A stretch of DNA of 64,000 nucleotides from an uncultured Gammaproteobacteria bacterium (GTDB taxonomy: Bacteria > Pseudomonadota > Gammaproteobacteria > JACCXJ01): positions 342,213 through 406,212 of the forward strand of contig CAVXTM010000012.1 in NCBI GenBank assembly GCA_963764725.1, in the 5' to 3' direction. The first letter of the stretch is position 1; every line of letters starts with the position of its first letter. Below, piece after piece: positions 1-8,309 of this stretch. A program made the translations under genes and the position numbers. A model generated the notes under the pieces. It made no database searches. It was not told the DNA's origin and was given only the letters and a program-made list of their open reading frames with translations.

Positions 1-830
1 TCGCGCTCTAATAAACTCGTGACTCTCGATCTTACGGGTTTAGATTCGTCTCCTGTGTGCCGTGCGTAAACCCTGAGCGAGCCACCATGGGTGAGGAGAT
101 CCTCGACATCGAAGATCGTCAGGCCGTGGTGTACGAAGACTTTGTTTACCGTGATAAATGAGAAGTAGGAGAAGTGCTCGTGATAGATGGTATCAAACTG
201 TTGCTCTTCCATCAGACGCAACAAATGAGGGAACTCCATCGTGACTACGCCTTTGTGGCTAAGCAGGATCTTTAGTCCTTCCACAAAATCGTTTAGAGCT
301 GGAACATGCGCAAGGACGTTATTACCGATGATCAGATCGGCGCGCATCCCGTCTGCCACGAGTTCTTTAGCTGTCGCCGTACCGAAAAATTTTACGAGTG
401 TGGAGACCCCTTTCTCGACCGCGCGCGATGCTACATTGGCGGCGGGTTCTATGCCGAGCACCGGGATCCCGCTGGCGACAAAAAACTGAAGAAGATAACC
501 GTCATTGCTTGCAATCTCGACCACCTGGCTGCGCCGATTCAAGCTCAGGCGTTCCACGATCATTTCAACGTAGTTCTTCGCATGCTGTACCCAAGAATCG
601 GAGAAAGACGAGAAATAGACATAGTCGCTGAAGATATGCTTCGGGGTCTCGAACTCCTCTAGCTGGACTAAGAAGCATTGCTCGCATACAAAGGCGTGCA
701 GAGGATAGAAGGGCTCCATCTGGTTGAGCCCATCAGGCTCGACATTTGAGTTTGCAAGAGGAGACATCCCTAGATCGGCAAAGCTGTGTTTCAAGCCGGC
801 ACCGCAAAAGCGACACTTCTTATGATTCAT
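1..830 (-). CDS. NDP-hexose C-methyltransferase-like class I SAM-dependent methyltransferase (3' part outside window)
   Basis: Not in the ORF track; manual translation from ATG at 830: MNHKKCRFCG...DLGMSPLAN...CEQCFLVQL...YFSSFSDSW...EIASNDGYLL...YHEHFSYFS...THGGSLR. Zn-binding CxxC pairs plus EIASNDG are typical of TcaB9/EryBIII-type sugar C-methyltransferases. Confidence 0.85.
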   Translation of the reverse strand, partial: MNHKKCRFCGAGLKHSFADLGMSPLANSNVEPDGLNQMEPFYPLHAFVCEQCFLVQLEEFETPKHIFSDYVYFSSFSDSWVQHAKNYVEMIVERLSLNRRSQVVEIASNDGYLLQFFVASGIPVLGIEPAANVASRAVEKGVSTLVKFFGTATAKELVADGMRADLIIGNNVLAHVPALNDFVEGLKILLSHKGVVTMEFPHLLRLMEEQQFDTIYHEHFSYFSFITVNKVFVHHGLTIFDVEDLLTHGGSLRVYARHTGDESKPVRSRVTSLLER

Positions 831-891
831 AATCGTCTTGACACCATTTAACGATAACAATAATTATAGATTCTTCTCGATCACCGACTGA

Positions 892-1016
892 GAGGTTGTG
901 AATTAATCGCCGCCAGCAGCCCCGAGCGCCGGGAGCCGCGCAGCGAGCAGCGAGAGATATCAACTCGATAGGCGAGGAGCGAGCGAGCACCCGAGGCGAT
1001 CGGGATGCTCACAACC
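892..1016. repeat. Short intergenic MITE/REP-like element with terminal inverted repeats
   Basis: GGTTGTGA (894-901) and TCACAACC (1009-1016) are inverted repeats. Inner ATCGCC/GGCGAT pairing and GCGAGC-rich interior. Confidence 0.4.
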
Positions 1017-1033
1017 GGCGATGCCATTTGCCT

Positions 1034-1813
1034 TCAACCCGCCGTTAAGCGAAGAGCTTCCTCGGCAATCGCAGTGCTGCACGCGCACAGTATATCCATC
1101 TCGATGCAACGCCAGTCAATTCCGGCACCATTGAGGCGTTTTACAACACCGCCCGCCTCCTCGACGGCTAAAGCCCCAGCCGCAAAGTCCCAGATCCTAC
1201 CCCCCTTGCAGTTTACGTATAGGCTTGTTCGACCCAATATTAACTCGGCAAAGCCGGCAGCACCGCAAGCCAAACATCTCGTGGTTAGCGTTTTGCTGGA
1301 CAATGGATCGATGATCCGACGACGATGTTCGTCCGTCAGGCGCGGATTCAGTTCTGTACCGAGCACTATTTCATTAAAAGCGACTGACGCGCTAAAGCGG
1401 ACTGTCTCACCATTAACCCAGCAACCCTTGCTGCGTTCTGCTGCTATAAGTAGATTCCAGGCGGGTAGAAAGATTACACCATGGGTCGGATGACCTTCGA
1501 TGCGCGCTAATAATACACCCCAATCCCTCATGCCTCTGGCGAAGGGGATTGTGCCATCTAGTTCATCAGCAACAATACATGCGGTATCGGGAATAATTGC
1601 GTTCGCTTGTTCTTCTAGAATCAAAGGGAGGTCTGGGAAGCAGTTTGCGAGTTCCGACTGCAGAAAGGCGTGAGATGCTAGATCCGCTCGTGTTAATAGA
1701 TCTCCCGGACCTTTGAGGGTTTCATTGAGCCGCTGTCCCTGGAGTGCGGTTAGGAGGTTTCCAGCCTTTCTTGCGATAGAGCTGAGGCTTTCCAGGATTG
1801 TTGTCATCGACAA
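1034..1813 (-). CDS. Inositol monophosphatase / CysQ-family (FIG superfamily) phosphatase
   Basis: Motifs T-x-AD, LEE, DELDGT (variant of DPLDGT) and WDFAAG. Confidence 0.8.
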   Translation of the reverse strand: MSMTTILESLSSIARKAGNLLTALQGQRLNETLKGPGDLLTRADLASHAFLQSELANCFPDLPLILEEQANAIIPDTACIVADELDGTIPFARGMRDWGVLLARIEGHPTHGVIFLPAWNLLIAAERSKGCWVNGETVRFSASVAFNEIVLGTELNPRLTDEHRRRIIDPLSSKTLTTRCLACGAAGFAELILGRTSLYVNCKGGRIWDFAAGALAVEEAGGVVKRLNGAGIDWRCIEMDILCACSTAIAEEALRLTAG

Positions 1814-1924
1814 GAGGCCTGAGATGAATCCGCAGGCGCGACAGGCGCCTCAAGGCCTGGAACGGGATAGCAAACGTCCGTGGCGGACACGACGGTAATT
1901 GCTTGAACAGGCAATACCGGCTTT

Positions 1925-2470
1925 TTAAAAGTACCGTTCGGTAACTTCGATTACATCCCCCGGCAACACCGGCGTATCTTGATCCGCCGATTGTTTGGTT
2001 TTTCCTTTATCCGTGGTTCGAGTAATATAGACTTCATCGGTATCCGCACGGTAGGTAAAACCGCCGGCCAAAGCGACTGCGGTCACGACCGTCATATCAT
2101 TCACATAAGGATAGCTACCGGGCTTTGCTACCTCTCCAAGAATGAAGAACGGGCGGTTATCAATGACCTCAACGCTAACACGTGGATTTTTAATGTAATC
2201 TGGCGATAGCTTGGCCACAATGGACCGCTCCAGCTCTTGTACCGTGAGACCACTCGCCTTAACGGACTGGATAAGCGGCAATGCTAGGTTTCCTGTGCTG
2301 TCTATATTCGATTCTCCCGAAAGGTTCTCATGTCCAAACACGGTCACCTTTACTTTGTCACCCGTCCCTAAACGGTAACCCTTTTGGTCACCTTGGGCGC
2401 TTGCAACAGCGACTGACAAGACCAAGACCATTATTAACGTGATAAACCGAAAGAATTGATGACTAACCAT
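1925..2470 (-). CDS. Short OPX/Wza-family polysaccharide export protein (Poly_export + one SLBB domain)
   Basis: Signal peptide; YRLGTGDKVKVTVFG, GNLALPLI, GEVAKPGSYPY, ALAGG, VLPGDVIEVTERYF. Only 181 aa, with no C-terminal membrane helix. Confidence 0.9.
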   Translation of the reverse strand: MVSHQFFRFITLIMVLVLSVAVASAQGDQKGYRLGTGDKVKVTVFGHENLSGESNIDSTGNLALPLIQSVKASGLTVQELERSIVAKLSPDYIKNPRVSVEVIDNRPFFILGEVAKPGSYPYVNDMTVVTAVALAGGFTYRADTDEVYITRTTDKGKTKQSADQDTPVLPGDVIEVTERYF

Positions 2471-2997
2471 GGATGCAGCCTCTTGTTCCGAACAACGTTC
2501 GTCATTATTTAATAGCTAATCGAGATAATGTCAAACGTTGTTTTGGGGCATGAATATGACGCTACATCCGCGCTTGCTAAGTGCCAGCACGATCAACCGA
2601 TGGTTGTCGTGCAGCCCGCCGCAAAGTCGCCTTCAGAGTCTAATAGGGTGCGCGAGCTCGCCGCTCGTGGCACAACGTTGCGGCCTGGTTCCTCAAAGCT
2701 ATCCTGGAATTGAAAATATAGGAATTCACTGACGTTTCACATTTGGCTTATTGATCGGCCGGTAGGTTCAAAGATCTTCAAGCCGCCCGCCCAGAAAATG
2801 GCTAGAAAGACGATGACCCAGGGTACGAGAGCGGCATTATAAACGCGCGCTTTATCATAAACGGGAACGTTCGTGAAGCGTGGGAACCGGTCTATGCTTC
2901 CGCTCGCAAGCGCCTCCTCGAACGATGTCCTAACCGAGCTTGCCTAGCAAGCTGATGTTGTTACTGTCCCAATCCGCGACACTAAGGTGCATGAAGC

Positions 2998-4257
2998 CTA
3001 AAGTTTTAGGTTAAATGTTAGCGTCGCCGTATTCTGCGAGTAGGGATTACCGTCAGGAGAGTCAGAGCTCCGATCCGTATAGCCATAACCGATGGATATG
3101 TCAAGGTAACGATTCATCAAGTACTTAGCCCCTACGGTGGCCCGCAGAACGTCGTCGGTACGAGGAACACCGACGAAATCGTCTTGAATACCGAAAAGGC
3201 TCGCTTGCAGCAGCAGATTTCTAAGGAGTTCGTGGTCTACGATAGCGCCATAGCGGGTGCGAAAGTATCCCGATGCCGGTATGTTGTCCTCATCTGTAAG
3301 GAAGGTCGTCTCTTCAATCGTACGTTCCACTTTGCCTGTAATCGTCGTCAGAGTGGTGACATTCCAGTAGATGGATGCGCCTCCTTGGGGGCCCTCGATC
3401 GTGGGTAAGGTTGGGTCATCGTAGAATTGCGAACGATAACCAACATAGAGGTCTCCGGTAGTCACCCCGGTAAGCGTAAGGTCCATGCCTACGACGACTT
3501 CGTAGCCGTCTGAACTCCGTAGAGTGCCGTCCTGTTGACGCTCGTCGTATGAGCGGTTGATATAGCTACCCAGCAGAAAGGCGGCGTACCCCGGGGTGAG
3601 CTCATAGGCGGCGCGGAGCGTCCCGATGGCGTCAGTGCGGTCACGCGTTGATTGAATGATCGTTGACCCGTCATCAGCGGTGATATTGTCATAGTCGTAC
3701 CGGGCTCCGGTACCTTCGAGCGTGACGGACAGGCGATTGAAGACGTGGTTATAGCCGCCGGTTACCGTAGAGACGTCATAGAAGCCCTGATTTCTCCCCT
3801 TTGGATCGTCCGGATCCCCACGCTCTTGATGAAGATGGGAATATAGAGCGTTTACAAACAGCGATTGGTTGCGGGTAATGTCTAGGCGTCCGTCCGTTCC
3901 AAAAGCATAATCTTCAAAGTCCTCATCTCCGTTGTCGATATATCTGCCGATATTCGCATCCGCTCTAAAATTTAAAGCGTGATTGTTCCAGTCCGATTTC
4001 ACCTTAACACCCGGCGTGATAAAGGTAATAAAAGCGTCTACTTCCCCCGTGTCTTCCGCGAAGATATTGTCGTTGTACTGCTCGCTAAGGGCAAGTGATG
4101 GATAAATCAGGAATCCGGCTGCTCGAATACCGAGTGGATCCAGCTCTGGCCGCTGACGCGACGTGACTGTCTCGCCGTAGCGTAACTGCTGTGCTTGTGC
4201 GGCTGGCATTAGCAGCAACATTAGCCAACAAGACGCAACGCGTGTACTAATTTTCAT
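2998..4257 (-). CDS. Outer-membrane beta-barrel protein associated with polysaccharide export
   Basis: Signal peptide, GIRAAGFLIYPSL...YNDNIF N-terminus, alternating amphipathic strands rich in Y/G/D/T, HELLRNL motif; adjacent to OPX. Confidence 0.8.
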   Translation of the reverse strand: MKISTRVASCWLMLLLMPAAQAQQLRYGETVTSRQRPELDPLGIRAAGFLIYPSLALSEQYNDNIFAEDTGEVDAFITFITPGVKVKSDWNNHALNFRADANIGRYIDNGDEDFEDYAFGTDGRLDITRNQSLFVNALYSHLHQERGDPDDPKGRNQGFYDVSTVTGGYNHVFNRLSVTLEGTGARYDYDNITADDGSTIIQSTRDRTDAIGTLRAAYELTPGYAAFLLGSYINRSYDERQQDGTLRSSDGYEVVVGMDLTLTGVTTGDLYVGYRSQFYDDPTLPTIEGPQGGASIYWNVTTLTTITGKVERTIEETTFLTDEDNIPASGYFRTRYGAIVDHELLRNLLLQASLFGIQDDFVGVPRTDDVLRATVGAKYLMNRYLDISIGYGYTDRSSDSPDGNPYSQNTATLTFNLKL

Positions 4258-4993
4258 TAGAGACCCCTATTCTTAGACCGTAGATGGACACAACTTTGTG
4301 CAAATCGGAGTATGCCCATTGTCCGTCTTGTTGAGAAATGCGCCTTTGGTCTGCCACCATTATCATTTACCCAGAAAGAAAGTCGACCACCGCGAATAGA
4401 TCGGCGTTGGGGAACATCTTCAATAGCTGTTCCAACACCCGCTCGGAACCAGAATAATCAACCAACCATTCATGAACAACCGCAACTTTCAGCATAAGAA
4501 TGAGGATAAAGGGTATAAGATAAGGATACAAAATTCAAGGCATTGTCCTGACTCCAGGCAGAGTGATCGTGCATCCGTCCACGATGAACCACGCGGCTTT
4601 AGCGCTCTGCCGGTCAGTTACCACCTGAGGGTTCCTCAGCGCCAAGGACGTTTTGCTATGAAACGAGATGCGAGTGCGCCGATACTCACCACTGTGCCAC
4701 GTCCGTGGAAGGCGCTGATACTCACGGGCGACGAAAACCTGCATTAGCGTAGCGGCGATGGCACGACGACTCTTGATCCCCTGAAACAGACTTTTTCTAC
4801 CCAGAGCCAGGAGCGCGACATCGAGTACCTCGCCTACCAGACTCGTTTTAATGAGGAAAAGGGCCCCAGTATATGACAGCACTCCCTTATGACTCAGTGC
4901 GGCCAGCATCGGGGGAGTGGCGGCGGCTATACCGTGTGTCGATGCCACTTGCTTCAATCTGCTTACGAATGGGAACATGAGGTGACTACGCTA

Positions 4994-5009
4994 GGCAGGA
5001 GTTGTGCCA
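4994..5009 (-). promoter_or_regulatory. Possible sigma-54 (-24/-12) promoter facing the barrel/OPX genes
   Basis: Minus strand reads TGGCACAACTCCTGCC: GG-N10-GC spacing, with TGGCAC intact and CTGC in place of TTGC. Confidence 0.35.
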
Positions 5010-5075
5010 CGAAATCCATTGCCCGCAAACACAGTGTCTGTAACGGAGCAAAACGAACATCGAAGATCAGCCCGG

Positions 5076-6497
5076 CTACAACCGCGGACGCTCCTCGAGC
5101 AGCTCGTGAGACAGTAGGGCGTCGGCTGTCTCCTTGAGCACTTGGAGCGCAATGCCGGATCGCTCTGCAATGTCCAGGAGCGAGTGCTGGCCGTCAGACA
5201 GGTTCAAAATCCAGAGGAACGCCATTTGCTTGGTCCCGGCGTCTTTATGTCCCCCGATCGCCTTGTACAAACCCCTCTTGCCGAGTTGGGGCTCGCATTT
5301 TGGGTTCCGGTTCACATAGGTCTTGTTGTGCTCCAGGGCTTCGAAGACCGATAGGCAGGTGGCGTAGGACTGAGCCAAGTACTGCGGCCGGACGAAGTCC
5401 AGATTATCCGCGGAGGTGTGATACTCCGGAAACTGTCCGTGCTGCGAACGCATTAAGCAACCGACGGCGAGGTTGAACCCCGGAGAACAAAACTGACGTT
5501 CATCATAGCCATAGGGATAGAAATCGATCACCTGGTGAGTTTGGCCGGAATTTTTCAGGATATGGGCCACCGTCCGGTCGATCTCGGCATCCCCGCGCCG
5601 GGTTTTCTTGTACGTGAATCCGCCTTCGTCGCCGACGCAGGTGAGCACCAAGCCATGTTTGACCCTGGGCACTCGATGTTCGTTTCTGGCGAGCCAGGTG
5701 ATCGAGCCGATGGTGCCGGGAATAAATAGAAACCGGTACGAGTACCAGTGAGGCGCCCGGCTCATCGCGCGCGCGAGATGGATCGCAACGGCTATCCCCG
5801 AGAGGTTATCGTTGCAGAGCGAGGGGTGGCAGGTATGACAGGATATGAGTATCTCATCAGTACTCTCTCCAGGTAGATAACACTCGCCATAGCTTAGAGA
5901 CCCCTCCGCGAGCGTGGCATCGATACAGATCTCGTACTCATCGTCCAGCATCTGCGCGAGTTGATTGTGTGTCAGACAAAAGCCCCAGGTGTCGTTGTAG
6001 TAGGAGGTTCTATACGGGATCCAATCCGGCCGATCCGGCAGCGTAAAGAGGTGCGGCTTTAGCTCATCCAAGCGGAGCCGCCCTTTCACCGGCATGCTGT
6101 AGCCGACCACGTGGAGATTACACCGACCGAAATCGACGATGCGCCGGCCTCGTGAGTCTTTAATATAGGCGTCTCGGATGTTCCACTCCCGAGGCACCGT
6201 CCAGTCGAAGACAACCGTTCCCGTGGGAACCTCATGGACGTCCAGAGGAATCGTCCGCTTGATGATGCCGAGCGTCTCGCGGACGCCATCGCCCGTGATG
6301 CTCCGGCAGATCGGATATAACTCGGACACCAGCCGGTGCATCTCCTGGCCGAGCGTCTCTGGCGCCTCGGTGGGGCTCTGGTGGAGCGGCATCTCCTTCT
6401 CTTTCATGCTTGCGGCAACGGTGGAAACTCGCGCTGCGGATGCAAGGGCTTCTGGTATCGTTCCGGTGTGGCGTGAGCGGCAGTCGCTCGAGCACAA
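5076..6497 (-). CDS. DUF4910 aminopeptidase(M28)-like protein with C-terminal winged helix; true start probably ~6340-6410
   Basis: LYPICRSITGDGVRETL, VFDWTVPREW, IPYRTSYY, HTCHPSLCNDNLSG, YGYDERQFCSPGF, YHTSADNL, PKCEPQLGKRGLY. Confidence 0.85.
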   Translation of the reverse strand: MCSSDCRSRHTGTIPEALASAARVSTVAASMKEKEMPLHQSPTEAPETLGQEMHRLVSELYPICRSITGDGVRETLGIIKRTIPLDVHEVPTGTVVFDWTVPREWNIRDAYIKDSRGRRIVDFGRCNLHVVGYSMPVKGRLRLDELKPHLFTLPDRPDWIPYRTSYYNDTWGFCLTHNQLAQMLDDEYEICIDATLAEGSLSYGECYLPGESTDEILISCHTCHPSLCNDNLSGIAVAIHLARAMSRAPHWYSYRFLFIPGTIGSITWLARNEHRVPRVKHGLVLTCVGDEGGFTYKKTRRGDAEIDRTVAHILKNSGQTHQVIDFYPYGYDERQFCSPGFNLAVGCLMRSQHGQFPEYHTSADNLDFVRPQYLAQSYATCLSVFEALEHNKTYVNRNPKCEPQLGKRGLYKAIGGHKDAGTKQMAFLWILNLSDGQHSLLDIAERSGIALQVLKETADALLSHELLEERPRL

Positions 6498-6519
6498 CCG
6501 GCATCATATAGGCCGACAG

Positions 6520-7206
6520 CTACGACCAGTCGAAGCATCGCAATCGCCAATCGCTGCCTTCGACGGCTAGCGCCCCGGCGTAGCCTTCGTCGAGATGCAA
6601 GCTGCATAAGGTCCAACGCGCGGCCTCGCGCTCGTCGTCGTGGACGCGCAGCGACACGCGCGACTCGTTCGGTGCGAGCGAAACGGTGAAGCAATCGAGC
6701 GGGGCGAACAATCCGGTCCCGGTTGCCTTGATATAGGATTCCTTGCGCGTCCAGCCCGCAAAGAATGCCGCGCGCTGTTGTTCCCGAGGCAGAGCACGGA
6801 GTTCGGCGATTTCGGCGGCAGAAAAGAAACGCTCGGCGATTTCCGGACCTATTGATGCTTTGATGAATTCGACATCGATGCCGAGCTCGCGTTTTTTGGT
6901 CACGGCAAGCAAGACGAGATCATGGGAGTGCGAAAGGTTGAAGCGGAGATCACAGCCTGTGGAAAGCACGGGTTTGCCGCGCACGCCATAATCGAAGCGG
7001 AGATCGGCGGGCGACGTGTCGAGGTAGCGTGCGAGCACTGTTCGCAGCCAGCCGCGAGCCGCGATGAAATGCCTGCTGTCTTTCTCGAAATGAAAACGCG
7101 CCGCGCGGTCCAATTCATCGGGCGAGAGCTGGGCTTGCAGAGCGGGCAAAGCGGGAAGCGACGCGCGCCAGAGGTCGACTCGATCCGCCGCAATGCGAAG
7201 CCTCAC
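6520..7206 (-). CDS. Sfp-type 4'-phosphopantetheinyl transferase
   Basis: GKP, FNLSHS, LGIDVE, WTRKESYIKATG; start overlaps the TE stop. Confidence 0.93.
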   Translation of the reverse strand: MRLRIAADRVDLWRASLPALPALQAQLSPDELDRAARFHFEKDSRHFIAARGWLRTVLARYLDTSPADLRFDYGVRGKPVLSTGCDLRFNLSHSHDLVLLAVTKKRELGIDVEFIKASIGPEIAERFFSAAEIAELRALPREQQRAAFFAGWTRKESYIKATGTGLFAPLDCFTVSLAPNESRVSLRVHDDEREAARWTLCSLHLDEGYAGALAVEGSDWRLRCFDWS

Positions 7207-8309
7207 GCCAAGGACGCTCGTTGAATGCTGGGTTTGTGAGCTAGGCTTCCAGTGGCATCGTCTTGGACCCCGGGGGAGGTGTGCGGCGCCCTTCGCGCCT
7301 CGGCCAGGCAGATCTTCATTTGTTCGGCCAGCGGCCCGACATAAGGATCTTGAAACAGTTCGACATGCATGCCTGGGACCAGGCGATGGGTTGCTTGCGC
7401 GGCAAGCCGGGACCAGGCGTTTTGAATTTCGCGGCGCCGCACCTCGTCCATATCGTCGGCCGCCCAGATAAACCAGATCTTGCCGGCATAGGCTCTCGGC
7501 ACATAGTTCTTTTTCGCGCGCCGATGCGAATCAATAGTATAGCGCGACAAAAGACCGCGCGACAAAGGCAGTCTGCACGCCAGGAAAATAGGAAGCGCGA
7601 TTCTCCTACAGAGGACGTTCAACCCGTACCACACACGCGCCCACACATAGGCGAGCTGCTCGATGACATTTTTATTGACCAGGCTGCGTAAATGCCTTTC
7701 GACACGGTTGCGAGAACGATCGCGTGCCATTGGCGTCTTCGGCGGTGGGGGATCGATCAACACCAGCGCCGCGATCTCTTCGCCTTGGGCGAGCAACTGC
7801 TGCGCCATTTCCAGCGCGATCAGCGTCGACACGCAGTCACTGCTCAAATAATAAGGTCCGTGCGGCTGTACCTTGCGCAGGTGAGTCAGATTAAAAGCGG
7901 CCATTTCTTCAATGCGCGTCATGCGCATCTGCCTCGGGTCCCAGTGAGAGCTGATTCCGTACAGACGCTGATCAGGCCCGAGGCAGCGGCACAACTCGCG
8001 CAGCATCAGTTGCGATGCCCAGCCATACACTGAATAGCGGCGGGGTCGTGCCGTGGGGGTTGAGCGGCACGATCACATCCGAGTCATTGAGAGAATCTCC
8101 CGCCGCCAGGATTCGGCCGATCTGTTCTACGGTCGGTGCCTGGAACAGCGTCGCGACCGACAAACGCCGGCCGCAAGTCTTTTCGATTTCGGCCAACACG
8201 CGCAACACCAGAAACGAATGCCCGCCGAGATCGAAGAAGTTGTCGCGTATGCCAACCTGGTCGAGCTTTAGTACCGAGGCGAAGATCGCGGCGAGTTGCT
8301 GCTCGAGCG
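7178..8309. repeat. Direct repeat copy 1 (T-TE coding region plus first codons of the PPTase)
   Basis: Near-identical to 21175-22305; roughly a dozen substitutions and one 1-nt indel seen by eye. Confidence 0.95.

Noticed and set aside
241-662. Plus-strand ORFs at the window start
   Set aside because: Antisense shadows of the minus-strand methyltransferase, which the ORF track missed because it runs off the edge.
2668-2682. TGGCACAACGTTGC as a sigma-54 promoter
   Set aside because: GG-to-GC spacing is 9 rather than 10, and it faces away from the genes.
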